Assembly (NCBI GenBank): GCA_022451235.1
Contig: JAKUOA010000004.1
Span: 3,366-42,994 of the forward strand
Reading direction: 5' to 3'
DNA length: 39,629 nucleotides
Origin: Candidatus Thalassarchaeum sp.
Lineage (GTDB): Archaea; Thermoplasmatota; Poseidoniia; Poseidoniales; Thalassarchaeaceae
This document shows positions 9,154 to 17,893 of this stretch, piece after piece. Numbering within the stretch: position 1 is the first letter of the stretch; every line of letters begins with the position of its first letter. A model generated the notes under the pieces. It was not told the origin of the DNA and searched no databases. It saw nothing but the letters and a program-made list of their open reading frames with translations. A program made the translations under genes and the position numbers.

Positions 9154-9468
9154 TCAACCGAAGAGAGAACCGAGGCCTTCGAAGCCACCGGCTTCATCCT
9201 CTTCTTCTTCTTCAGCTGGTGCTTCTTCAGCAGCAGGAGCAGCGTCTCCACCACCGCCACCAGCAGCAGCTGGAGCAGCAGCGACAGGCGCAGCAACGGC
9301 AGTTGCCATTGCTTCACCGATGTCAACATCGCCGAGGGATGTGACAAGTGCCTTTACTCGGGCACCGTCAACCTCAACACCAGCAGCGCTCAAAACCGAG
9401 CTAACGCCGTCTTCATCGATATCCTTCTCTGCGGAGTGCAGTAACATTGCAGCATATACATATTCCAT
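9154..9468 (-). CDS. rpl12: 50S ribosomal stalk protein P1/L12
   Basis: [11 protein letters not shown] start, Ala/Gly hinge, acidic tail ending GLGSLFG. Confidence 0.97.
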   Translation of the reverse strand: MEYVYAAMLLHSAEKDIDEDGVSSVLSAAGVEVDGARVKALVTSLGDVDIGEAMATAVAAPVAAAPAAAGGGGGDAAPAAEEAPAEEEEEDEAGGFEGLGSLFG

Positions 9469-9488
9469 TTTTTCTCACCTATTTATTT

Positions 9489-10514
9489 TCAGCCGAAGAG
9501 GTCGCCGAGTCCATCGAACCCAGCGTCTTCTTCTTCCTCCGCTTCCTCTTCTGCCGAGGCTTCCTCGGCGGATTCTGCTACATCGGAGGTTGCAGCAGGA
9601 GCACTTTCAGCAACGCTAGCAGCAGCACCTAGTGCTGCCGCCAACTCGTCATCAAGCGCTGAGGAATCTAGCTGACCTGCTAGGGCCAGCGCACGTGCGT
9701 TTGCACGTGTAATGAATAGTGGAATCGTGACATCGTTGGTGATGCCTGCTTCCACCGCGACAGATGTTGCCTCACCACTCGCCTTCGCGAGTAGGGTTGG
9801 CATTGTCTGTGAAGAGAACCAGCGAATGTTACAGGCGAGGTTGAATGCGCCTGATGTCGCGGTAATGATATCCGATCGTAATCCATCTGTATCTAGGTCT
9901 AGCGAATCGACTTCGAATAGGAACCCGTCCTCAATCGCTCCGGTTAGGATAATTCCAATTTCAATCGGGTTAATATCCAACTTGGAAAGCATGATTCCAA
10001 GATCTGCTGAAATCGGTTCACCCTTATTGACAACAGTCGTCGTCTTCTGAATGGCAACCTTCCCCTTGTCTATTTTCGCAGGAATTCCAACAGCGTTGAA
10101 CTCACCAACGATTGGACCAGGGCCGAATTCGGTTGGTCCAGCCTCGACTACAATGTCCATTGGCGAAACTTCTCCTTCCTTCGCAGCACGACCTTGTTTT
10201 GTCTTTTCCAGTTCGGAGTATAGTTGGAAGGCATTCATAGAATTAGAATGAACGATAGCAGGTTGTACTGCTCCTTCAAGTAGAGATTCTAGTTCTTCCA
10301 TCGGTCGACCGGTCTGCTCCCAAGCAAGGCGCATCAAGGTCTTCTTTGCCATTGTTATCGATAGGCTACTTCGCAAATCATCACGCATGCTTAGCATATT
10401 CTTGGCAGGAACTCCTCCGATGTCGACAACCCCAAGAACTCCATCTGAGGTCAAGATTGCAGCTAGTTCATCAACACGGCCTCGCTTCCAAGACGCAACC
10501 TTTGGCTGAATCAT
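9489..10514 (-). CDS. rpl10: 50S ribosomal protein L10/P0 (uL10)
   Basis: VASWK, AGPTEFGPGP, GIPAKIDKGKV and acidic tail ending GLGDLFG. Confidence 0.96.
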   Translation of the reverse strand: MIQPKVASWKRGRVDELAAILTSDGVLGVVDIGGVPAKNMLSMRDDLRSSLSITMAKKTLMRLAWEQTGRPMEELESLLEGAVQPAIVHSNSMNAFQLYSELEKTKQGRAAKEGEVSPMDIVVEAGPTEFGPGPIVGEFNAVGIPAKIDKGKVAIQKTTTVVNKGEPISADLGIMLSKLDINPIEIGIILTGAIEDGFLFEVDSLDLDTDGLRSDIITATSGAFNLACNIRWFSSQTMPTLLAKASGEATSVAVEAGITNDVTIPLFITRANARALALAGQLDSSALDDELAAALGAAASVAESAPAATSDVAESAEEASAEEEAEEEEDAGFDGLGDLFG

Positions 10515-11155
10515 TCAATCACCTCGACCTTGATTGAAGGACCCATTGAGGTCTTGATGTAGCAAGAACGGATATTTCCAGTACCGCGCTCTAGTTTTCC
10601 AGTAACACGACTCCAGATTGCCATCGCATTGTTGGTTAAATCGTCGAGACTTTGCTCTCTTGAGCCCATTGGGCTGTGGAAAGTCATATTGTCTCTTGAA
10701 CGAACAATCGTTGTATCCTTCAGACCAGCTGCAACCATTGCGGGGTCAAGAGTAGGGGGAACGGGTCGTGGCATCTTACCACGAGGTCCGAGAACTACAC
10801 CGAGGAATCTACCAACGGTTCCCATGTGTGGTATCTCTGCGAGGAAGAAATCGATACTATTTGCTAACTTACGAGCCTGTTGACGGTTACCGCCTAGGTC
10901 CTCTATAGTTGTAGGGTCGATAATATCGATTCCAGCAGCTCTGGCTTTAGTTGCCATTTCGCCACCAGCGAACATGGCTATCTTGATCGGCTTTCCACGG
11001 CCAGCGGGAAGTCGAATTTCCTCTTGTATACGGTTTGCTGGATTCTTCAAATCGACGTCCTTCAAGTTAAATGAAAACTCGACGGTTTCGATGAACTTAC
11101 GCTCAGGAGCGCTGTTCAAGGCTTCTTCAATTGCTGTTTGGATGTTTTCTCTCAT
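10511..11155 (-). CDS. rpl1: 50S ribosomal protein L1 (uL1)
   Basis: RKFIETVE, LGPRGKMP, KTSMGPS; ATG 11155 is preceded by a GAGGTGA SD. Confidence 0.96.
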   Translation of the reverse strand: MRENIQTAIEEALNSAPERKFIETVEFSFNLKDVDLKNPANRIQEEIRLPAGRGKPIKIAMFAGGEMATKARAAGIDIIDPTTIEDLGGNRQQARKLANSIDFFLAEIPHMGTVGRFLGVVLGPRGKMPRPVPPTLDPAMVAAGLKDTTIVRSRDNMTFHSPMGSREQSLDDLTNNAMAIWSRVTGKLERGTGNIRSCYIKTSMGPSIKVEVIE

Positions 11156-11167
11156 ATTCCTCACCTC

Positions 11168-11196
11168 TGCGGTCAGCGAGGTTTCCCTCTTCCGCA
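11168..11196 (-). promoter_or_regulatory. kink-turn-like GNRA hairpin abutting the rpl1 SD; candidate L1 autoregulatory site
   Basis: mRNA sense UGCGG-AA-GAGG-GAAA-CCUC-GCUGA-CCGCA, followed immediately by GAGGUGA. Confidence 0.5.
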
Positions 11197-11208
11197 ATTC
11201 GTGATTTT

Positions 11209-11487
11209 TCACTCAAAATGTTCGTCGAATCTCCCTTCTTTCATTGCTTGTAATGCGGCCTTTGGCTCCATGCCTTCGACCTTAACTCGCATTGCTACGC
11301 AGGTTCCCATAACCTCGCGCGAGCGCGCGTATAGTGTTGCACCAGTCAAGCGATCTTTCTGCTTCTCAGCAACCTGCTTTACTTGGTCCATTGATAGGTT
11401 CTCAGTGGATGCATCCCAGCTTCCATTACACTTCTTCTGACCGAGGGTCTGAATAATCACATGAGGTGTTTCATTACGTGCTGACAT
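11209..11487 (-). CDS. rpl11: 50S ribosomal protein L11, C-terminal rRNA-binding domain only (92 aa)
   Basis: NLSMDQVKQVAE…REVMGTCVAMRVKVEG…EGRFDEHF matches the archaeal uL11 CTD, and the gene sits at the syntenic position between spt5 and rpl1. There is no GPPLGP N-terminal domain. Confidence 0.85.
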   Translation of the reverse strand: MSARNETPHVIIQTLGQKKCNGSWDASTENLSMDQVKQVAEKQKDRLTGATLYARSREVMGTCVAMRVKVEGMEPKAALQAMKEGRFDEHFE

Positions 11488-11573
11488 GCTCTTTACCCCC
11501 TACTGAAGTGCCTCGCCGACCTACTCTCCCTATTTGAGCGTGATGACGAACCTCCAATTTCTCCTGATTATGA

Positions 11574-12473
11574 TCACTCAACACGCTGAGTAACTCGAAC
11601 TTGATCAGCTCGTACTGTCAGAGCGACTGGTACAGCCGCTTCGAATAGCTCGACCGTAACTTCTTCCTTTGATTCTGTAACACGGATAACACGGGCTGCC
11701 TGACCTTTGAATGCGCCACCGCTGATTTCGATAATACAACCTTCCTCAATACCGGCTGTCGCCGCCTTAGGCTCTAGGTAGGAAAGTGTATTTTCCAGAG
11801 GTGAAACACCAGGTAGAACCTTTCGACAGTTCTTCAAGCGTGTTGTGGTCATTCCAGACATTCCAATTAATTTCTCGACATGGTGAAGTGCAGATGCCTC
11901 GACGAAAATATAGCCGCGTACATGTCCTGGAACCAATACTCCGAAGACTTCGTCTTGAATATCCTTTAGAGAACCAGTACCCGAGAGTCTAGCGCGAATT
12001 TCATTGGCAACATTCTCCTCCTGTCCGATACTGGTCTTTAGGATGTAAAGGAACGTAGCGACGTCTCCATACATGGCGTCAATCTGTGGAATTGAAAATC
12101 TCTCAGCACCAGTACCTTCGCTGGATTCGGATTCATAATGCCCGATGAAGGCAGGGTCAACCCAGCTGTGATTCTTGTAAATGGTTCGCGGACTGACCTC
12201 ATCAGTTTCGCTAATGAATAGCAAAGGAGTCACATCGTTCAGGCGATTTCCAAAGGCAAGACCTCTTGCTAGACCTGAACGGACATGTTGTAAAGCATCA
12301 GCCGGAATACCCGTGCATTCTGTAATTCTGGTTGTTACAGCATCGATATCTTCGGGGTCTCCAATACCGTACACACCATCCCAAGCACCAGGGAAATCAG
12401 CAACCTCGTCGGCACGCTGCATAATCAGGACCTTCTCGCCATGGCGAACGTAGACTACGAATGTATCAGACAT
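11574..12473 (-). CDS. spt5: transcription elongation factor Spt5 (NGN+KOW) with N-terminal Nudix-like domain
   Basis: C-terminal half: KTSIGQEENVA, RGYIFVEA and KOW ISGGAFKGQAARV…EEVTVELFEAAVPV. N-terminal ~140 aa: KVLIMQR…FPGAWDGVYG…ITECTGI. ATG 12473 follows a GAGGTGA SD. Confidence 0.9.
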   Translation of the reverse strand: MSDTFVVYVRHGEKVLIMQRADEVADFPGAWDGVYGIGDPEDIDAVTTRITECTGIPADALQHVRSGLARGLAFGNRLNDVTPLLFISETDEVSPRTIYKNHSWVDPAFIGHYESESSEGTGAERFSIPQIDAMYGDVATFLYILKTSIGQEENVANEIRARLSGTGSLKDIQDEVFGVLVPGHVRGYIFVEASALHHVEKLIGMSGMTTTRLKNCRKVLPGVSPLENTLSYLEPKAATAGIEEGCIIEISGGAFKGQAARVIRVTESKEEVTVELFEAAVPVALTVRADQVRVTQRVE

Positions 12474-12483
12474 ATTTCTCACC

Positions 12484-12750
12484 TCAAGAGCTAGTTAGCC
12501 AATCGAAGAAAACCGGTAGGGCGTTATCCATCAGCCAAAGCATGAAGAAGCCGATAGCACCTAAAACAAACATTCCAATTCCACAGACGATTACGGTTTG
12601 TCGAAATTCTTGTTTGGAGGGTTTTCTAGCCATCTTTAGGATACGAGCCATTGAGCCGGTTTGCACCCGGCGGACTCTCTCCTCTATGTCATCCTGCAAC
12701 CTCTGTGCAGTTTGCTCGATAGGACCAACATCTGAGTTCTCGATAGCCAT
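12484..12750 (-). CDS. secE: protein translocase subunit SecE/Sec61-gamma
   Basis: RILKMARKPSKQEF followed by a single TM helix; syntenic between ftsZ and spt5. Confidence 0.93.
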   Translation of the reverse strand: MAIENSDVGPIEQTAQRLQDDIEERVRRVQTGSMARILKMARKPSKQEFRQTVIVCGIGMFVLGAIGFFMLWLMDNALPVFFDWLTSS

Positions 12751-12853
12751 GACTCTTCCTCAATTGCGAGTCGGCGACCAACCATCCCTCTTTAAGCACG
12801 ACGGGCGAACCCCAAAGGGTTCGATTTGAGATTATACTTTCAATCGAATAAAA

Positions 12854-13972
12854 TCAGTTGACAAAATCTACGGTTCTAGTTCGTAGATTTCGCATCTGTG
12901 TATGCAGTGCTGCTCCATGTATTTGGTCGGATTTGACTCCGGTAAGTACCAGCAGCACTCGAATTTCATCTCCCATCGATTGATCAGTAGTAGCTCCCCA
13001 AATGATTCTAGCATACGGGTTGATTCTATCTCGAATCAATTGAGCGCATTTCTCTGCGTCTCCCAACGACAAAGTTGGACCTCCAACTACATTGACAAGA
13101 GCGCCTCTGGCATCCGAGATGTCGATGTCCAATAATGGCGATTCTAACGCCTCGTCGGTAGCCTTCTCGGCAGAATCTTCGCCTCTCGCTTCTCCAAGAC
13201 CAATCATTGCAACTCCACCACCATTTTCCATGACGGATCTTAGATCTTGGAAGTCTAGATTGACAACTCCTTCCTTTGAGATCATCTCTGATACTCCAGC
13301 AATCGATCTCATCAATAATTCATCTGCGACTCTGAAAGCCGCATCCAGTGGTAAGTCACGTACTCCTTCAACTTCCAGCAATCGCTCGTTTGGAAGCACT
13401 ACTACGGTGTCGCAAACTTCGCGCAATCTCTCCAATCCCCACTCGGCATTCTGTCTACGAAGTGCACCTTCGGAGAGGAAGGGGTACGTCACCACAGCAA
13501 TTGTTAGAGCACCTTCTGCTCGGGCCAGACGAGCAATGACGTGAGCCGAACCAGTACCCGTTCCACCTCCCAATCCGGCGGTGATGAAAGCAAGGTCGCA
13601 ATTTTCGACCTCTTTCTTGAGGGCCTTCTCAGATTCGAATGCGGCTTGTTCACCTTTCTCAGGGTCTCCACCCGCACCTCGACCTCTAGCACTTCGACCG
13701 ATGAGTACTTTGTTGTCGACTCCGACTCTTAGCAGGTGTTGTGCGTCGGTATTGATTGCCATTCCACGAACATATTCGCCATCGAACAATCCTTCCATTT
13801 CCAGTCTAGCCACTGTGTTTGAGCCGCAGCCACCACAACCGAATACACGAATTCGTGGTTGTAGTGATTTCAGTAGCGTTTTCAGTTCAGGATCAGTCTC
13901 CGTCACAACCGGCGCAGCCGGTGATTCTTCCCCATCCTGAAGCTCCAATACTCGGTCGATAAGGTGCTTCAT
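12854..13972 (-). CDS. ftsZ: cell division protein FtsZ (FtsZ1-type locus)
   Basis: GCGGCGSN, INTDAQHL, GAGGDPEKG, GLGGGTGTG, VNLDFQD; probable start ATG 13972. Confidence 0.96.
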   Translation of the reverse strand: MKHLIDRVLELQDGEESPAAPVVTETDPELKTLLKSLQPRIRVFGCGGCGSNTVARLEMEGLFDGEYVRGMAINTDAQHLLRVGVDNKVLIGRSARGRGAGGDPEKGEQAAFESEKALKKEVENCDLAFITAGLGGGTGTGSAHVIARLARAEGALTIAVVTYPFLSEGALRRQNAEWGLERLREVCDTVVVLPNERLLEVEGVRDLPLDAAFRVADELLMRSIAGVSEMISKEGVVNLDFQDLRSVMENGGGVAMIGLGEARGEDSAEKATDEALESPLLDIDISDARGALVNVVGGPTLSLGDAEKCAQLIRDRINPYARIIWGATTDQSMGDEIRVLLVLTGVKSDQIHGAALHTQMRNLRTRTVDFVN

Positions 13973-14050
13973 AAGTAACGCTGGCCATCCAAGCAAGGAT
14001 AATGCTTGCCGTAGCCATTGAGCCCTATGGGCTCATTCTGCAACCCCTAA

Positions 14051-14731
14051 TCAATTTGCCAAAAGTTGCTTTCGAGTTTCCATAAACCGAACTAGGAAAG
14101 TGTATACTCCGCCCCAAAATGATACTGCAAGCGCCAATGTCATACCGTTCAATTCAGCGTTTCCTAACAATGCCCAGTGAGCATATTCGTGGAGTGATGA
14201 AATATCGACTCCAGTTCCACTTGAACCGGCTTGCCAGGCGGCCCACAGAAGGCCGGCAAGAGTGACCACCAATCTGTCGGCTCGACTGAATCCTCCGTAA
14301 AGTCTTCCGAGCCCCACAGACTGTGCTTGAGTTCCCATGTATGAACCGAGCAAAGTCAGCAAGGCAGCAGCCCAACCAGCCATTGGGTCAATCACATACG
14401 CCGAGTTGTAACCGATGGCGACTACCAAACCAACATCGACCACGCGGTCGATGGTGTGGTCGAGGAAGTCTCCGTAGGGTCCTGCGGTTCCCTGATGCCG
14501 GGCCAATGCACCATCTAGCGCATCGAAAACACCAGCGATTAGAACCAGAGCGACTGCTCCAGTAATCATCATCGCTCCTTCGTTATCGAGTTCAGCGACT
14601 GCAATTAGGTAGAATGATACGATTGAGATTGCCAAAGATGTCCAAGTAAGAACACTAGGATCTAGGTCTCCCATTCTGACGACTAAAGGCTGAACCATTT
14701 TTGTCCAAGTATCACGCATTTTCTCGAACAT
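14051..14731 (-). CDS. CDP-alcohol phosphatidyltransferase family protein (archaeal phospholipid head-group synthase)
   Basis: Signature DALDGALAR…GDFLDHTIDRVVD. Confidence 0.92.
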   Translation of the reverse strand: MFEKMRDTWTKMVQPLVVRMGDLDPSVLTWTSLAISIVSFYLIAVAELDNEGAMMITGAVALVLIAGVFDALDGALARHQGTAGPYGDFLDHTIDRVVDVGLVVAIGYNSAYVIDPMAGWAAALLTLLGSYMGTQAQSVGLGRLYGGFSRADRLVVTLAGLLWAAWQAGSSGTGVDISSLHEYAHWALLGNAELNGMTLALAVSFWGGVYTFLVRFMETRKQLLAN

Positions 14732-15261
14732 CAGCCCACCCAGTCGATAACATCCTCAGGGCTAGTCGGTTTGAAGCCATCTGAAATCCAATTGAGAATA
14801 TTTGCGACAATTACTTCAGGCCCATCTTTCGAAGTGTCGAACTCAACCCAAGGAGCGTCGTTTTCCTTTTCATTCCAAGCACCACCAAGTAATTCCCACT
14901 CAACATTTGCCTCCACCTTTGGCTGAGGATAACCTCGTTCGTTTAGGCGCCCTCGAATAATTTCTGGCTCGCATCGCAAAAGCACAACCGCATCTACAGG
15001 GAGATTGTGAGATAAATGCCCGTCGATCAGTTCCGCCTTCAGTGGAGCAGTCTGCCATTTTTGATTTATGTATCGTAATAGAATCCCCATGTCAACCGGA
15101 TGGGCTCCATCGGTTACATCAACCTCCTCAAGAGCACCTGCTTGCTGAGCCAATTCTTCGATGTTTGAGATGCTCATGCCATGTGAAGAAAGTAAGCCTG
15201 CGAGGGTCGATTTACCTGTGCCAGGGGTGCCTGAGAGAGCCAGACGGTAGGTGTCTTCCAC
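14731..15261 (-). CDS. AK6/Fap7-family adenylate kinase
   Basis: SGTPGTGKST, IDGHLSH, VLLRCEP…RLNERGY…KVEANVE. Confidence 0.88.
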   Translation of the reverse strand: MEDTYRLALSGTPGTGKSTLAGLLSSHGMSISNIEELAQQAGALEEVDVTDGAHPVDMGILLRYINQKWQTAPLKAELIDGHLSHNLPVDAVVLLRCEPEIIRGRLNERGYPQPKVEANVEWELLGGAWNEKENDAPWVEFDTSKDGPEVIVANILNWISDGFKPTSPEDVIDWVG

Positions 15262-15344
15262 ATATTCACGGGCGGGCCATTAACCCAAGAATACTCCGCG
15301 TCGGGAGCGTAACATTGACCCATCGAATGTATCACCGGCTTTTC

Positions 15345-16484
15345 ATGAGTGATACCGAGGCCGGCCATGTAAGCGTACTTGGAGCGTTTTCTCCAACAGA
15401 AAATAAGCTAAACATTCTACTTCTTGCAGTACCCGTAACCTGCTATTTTGCTTACGTTTCTCATGATGAGTCGATGGCATTCTTCGCTTCACTGGTCGCA
15501 ATCATGCCTCTTGCCTTCTTGATGGGCAGGGCTACTGAAGAAATTGCGCTCTACACCTCAGAATCATTAGGTGGATTACTGAATGCAACTTTTGGAAATG
15601 CGGCTGAGATGATTATTGCTCTACTAGCAATCTACGCAGCATCTCAAGCAGCCTCTGGCAGTGATACAGAGACACTAATGGTTGGACTAGTGCAGGCCAG
15701 TCTAATCGGTAGTATTCTCGGAAATCTATTACTCGTCATGGGCCTCGCATTTTTGTGGGGTGGAATCAATTATTCTGAGCAGAAATTCTCTGATACACAG
15801 GTGAGTTCCAATGGTTCCCTGATGTTGTTAGCGATGATTGTACTCATCATTCCAACCGTATTCAACTCAACCGTTGGTGGTACCGAAGGCGAGAAAGGAG
15901 TTGAGCAACTAAGCCATATCGCGGCAATTGTTTTGCTATTACTATACGGATTATTCCTATTCTTCCAGTTCAAGTCCCACGTCGATCTATTCGCAACAGA
16001 GACGCATCATCACGAGGCTCCTGAAATGACTAAGAAAGATGCAATTATTCTTCTCGTCGTAGCAACTATCCTAGTATCTTGGATGGCAGAGATTCTAGTC
16101 CACTCAGTCGAGTATGCGGCTGATGATTTGGGACTACCTCACTTATTCATCGGGGTAATTTTGCTACCACTATTCGGTAACGCAGCTGAGCACTTTACTG
16201 CTGTAGTAGTGGCTGGTAAGGATAAGATGGACCTGTCATTCGCAATCTCAATGGGTTCATCCACACAAATTGCGGTATTCGTTGCTCCAGTAATGATTCT
16301 CGTTGCTTGGGCGATGAACGTACCACTAACCTTTGAATTCGGAATGCTAGAAACTGTCGCGGCTTTCCTTTCTGTACTGATAGTCAATGTTATCGCAGCT
16401 GATGGTAAATCAAACTGGTTGGAAGGAGCATTGTTGCTCGGAACCTATGTTGTTCTTGGTGCAGCCTTCCTAGTACATCCATAA
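15345..16484 (+). CDS. cax: Ca2+/H+ antiporter (CaCA family)
   Basis: Alpha repeats LNATFGNAAE and GNAAEH, GSSTQIA, SNWLEG. The start is probably ATG 15345; the 15042 extension overlaps the AK6 gene. Confidence 0.93.
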   Translation: MSDTEAGHVSVLGAFSPTENKLNILLLAVPVTCYFAYVSHDESMAFFASLVAIMPLAFLMGRATEEIALYTSESLGGLLNATFGNAAEMIIALLAIYAASQAASGSDTETLMVGLVQASLIGSILGNLLLVMGLAFLWGGINYSEQKFSDTQVSSNGSLMLLAMIVLIIPTVFNSTVGGTEGEKGVEQLSHIAAIVLLLLYGLFLFFQFKSHVDLFATETHHHEAPEMTKKDAIILLVVATILVSWMAEILVHSVEYAADDLGLPHLFIGVILLPLFGNAAEHFTAVVVAGKDKMDLSFAISMGSSTQIAVFVAPVMILVAWAMNVPLTFEFGMLETVAAFLSVLIVNVIAADGKSNWLEGALLLGTYVVLGAAFLVHP

Positions 16485-16555
16485 ATCAAACGGTACCCAT
16501 TGAAAGGACGGGTTTCGCAAGGGGTCACCTTGTGTTCAAACTAACTTCATCAGAC

Positions 16556-16816
16556 TTAATGTCTCAGAAACATTCTGCCCAAACTAAATGAAAATATACC
16601 AACAAAGAATGTAATCATAAACATTAGGTCAGTGAGCCCGAAGAACAACCCCCCGGGGTACAACCTCAACAGTGCCACAGCACCGAAAATTAGCAGAATC
16701 CAACCAACGATTTTTCGAACTGGTTCTGGGATCATACCTATAATATAATCACGAAATTTGCGTAACGGATCCCACTCCGTATCACGCAGCACGAATTGGA
16801 GAAATGAGTCGTCCAT
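16556..16816 (-). CDS. small two-TM hypothetical membrane protein
   Basis: 86-aa ORF fills the gap, same strand as its neighbours, two hydrophobic segments. Confidence 0.6.
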   Translation of the reverse strand: MDDSFLQFVLRDTEWDPLRKFRDYIIGMIPEPVRKIVGWILLIFGAVALLRLYPGGLFFGLTDLMFMITFFVGIFSFSLGRMFLRH

Positions 16817-16909
16817 AATGTCTACTTTCGCTTTGCGATGATTAAATTTTCTCCGGCATTATAGACTAAATCTCAGCGAGCGCATGTTTACCCAATGATT
16901 CGGGGATAA

Positions 16910-17455
16910 TTAATTGAAATTCCTAGACAAATCGACCTTGATAATCTCTGCAATTTCCTCAGCGACCCCTGTGCTGGAAATCCCCCTTAGCGTCCCGATT
17001 CTTGCTCCTTCGCTTCCTATCAGTACGGCAGAGTAGGTGATAGTCTTGTGGCCTTCATCGTTAGTCCTCACTATTTCGTTTAACTCGATGCTTGTTATCC
17101 CTTCTCTAGGATGTCTTTCAATAAAGCTTGGAGATTTGGAAATTAGACCTCCAGGTCGAACCGCCTCAATATAGTCGTCATAGATGTTGAACTTAATCGG
17201 GTCCTTGATGATTAGACCAAGCCATAGGGGGGTTGTGATACCTCCTATGATGCCAAAAGCAGTGAGTACTACGCCTTCTATTACCAATCCATATTCATAC
17301 GAGGTTAGTACGAAAGGATCTAGCGTTTTAGTTAAGCCAAGGACGATAACAATCAAACCAACTAGAATCCCTTGGCCTACAAATATGGCAATAAGAGCCC
17401 AAAATCCCGATTTGTTCGATACTGTCTTACTTGACATGAGTATATCAGAGAACAT
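16910..17455 (-). CDS. hypothetical membrane protein (two TM helices plus a beta-rich, possibly PH-like soluble domain)
   Basis: 181-aa ORF with N-terminal hydrophobic helices; the start may be ATG 17437. Confidence 0.65.
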   Translation of the reverse strand: MFSDILMSSKTVSNKSGFWALIAIFVGQGILVGLIVIVLGLTKTLDPFVLTSYEYGLVIEGVVLTAFGIIGGITTPLWLGLIIKDPIKFNIYDDYIEAVRPGGLISKSPSFIERHPREGITSIELNEIVRTNDEGHKTITYSAVLIGSEGARIGTLRGISSTGVAEEIAEIIKVDLSRNFN

Positions 17456-17488
17456 TTGAACAAATACTTTCTCTCGGCATCTCCAACT

Positions 17489-17860
17489 CTATGATTCGAG
17501 GATATTGACTTCGATGTTACCATCCTTTAGTCGAGTTTCATAGATTTCCAAATCTTTCTGTTTGCTGAATTTCCCAACCATTTTCCCATAAGGAGGGAAT
17601 ATTGGAAACGGAGACCATTCAATTAATTCCCCAGTTTCTATATTGTGAGTTGTTTGGTGTAGTGGACATGTAATACAATCATCCTTCACCTTACCACCGT
17701 AGGCGAGAGGCCATCTCATATGTCTGCAGAGAGCTTCTGTAGCATAGTACCCATCGTCTTCATCAAATCGACCAACGAGAATTATCTTTTTTCCAACGGT
17801 CAGCATTTTTTTCTTACCCGGTTTCAACTTTGATGATTTAATTGCGATTTTCCAAGCCAA
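17489..17860 (-). CDS. soluble Rieske [2Fe-2S] ferredoxin
   Basis: CRH…CPLH ligand boxes; GAGGTGA SD before a TTG start. Confidence 0.9.
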   Translation of the reverse strand: MAWKIAIKSSKLKPGKKKMLTVGKKIILVGRFDEDDGYYATEALCRHMRWPLAYGGKVKDDCITCPLHQTTHNIETGELIEWSPFPIFPPYGKMVGKFSKQKDLEIYETRLKDGNIEVNILES

Positions 17861-17893
17861 TATATCACCTCACTAAATCAATCATTATCGGAC

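Noticed and set aside
9190-9310. GCA/TTC triplet repeats (also 9520-9630, and GGT runs at 21670-21720)
   Set aside because: These encode Ala/Glu/Gly-rich linkers of the stalk proteins and DnaJ; they are not CRISPR or mobile repeats.
9027-9347. 106-aa minus-strand ORF overlapping rpl12 and the structured gap
   Set aside because: It is an alternate frame of the low-complexity rpl12 hinge and has no recognisable features.
12800-12830. GGTTCGA resembling a tRNA T-loop
   Set aside because: There is no cloverleaf or acceptor stem; the sequence is part of a short palindrome.
15042-15344. Long N-terminal extensions given by the ORF track for cax (also RaSEA, rpl1, rpl21e, AIM24, DUF971)
   Set aside because: They overlap neighbouring genes or promoters; downstream ATGs fit family lengths better.
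16514-16534. Small hairpin CGCAAGG/CCTTGTG between convergent genes
   Set aside because: It is short and could arise by chance; I cannot support a function.
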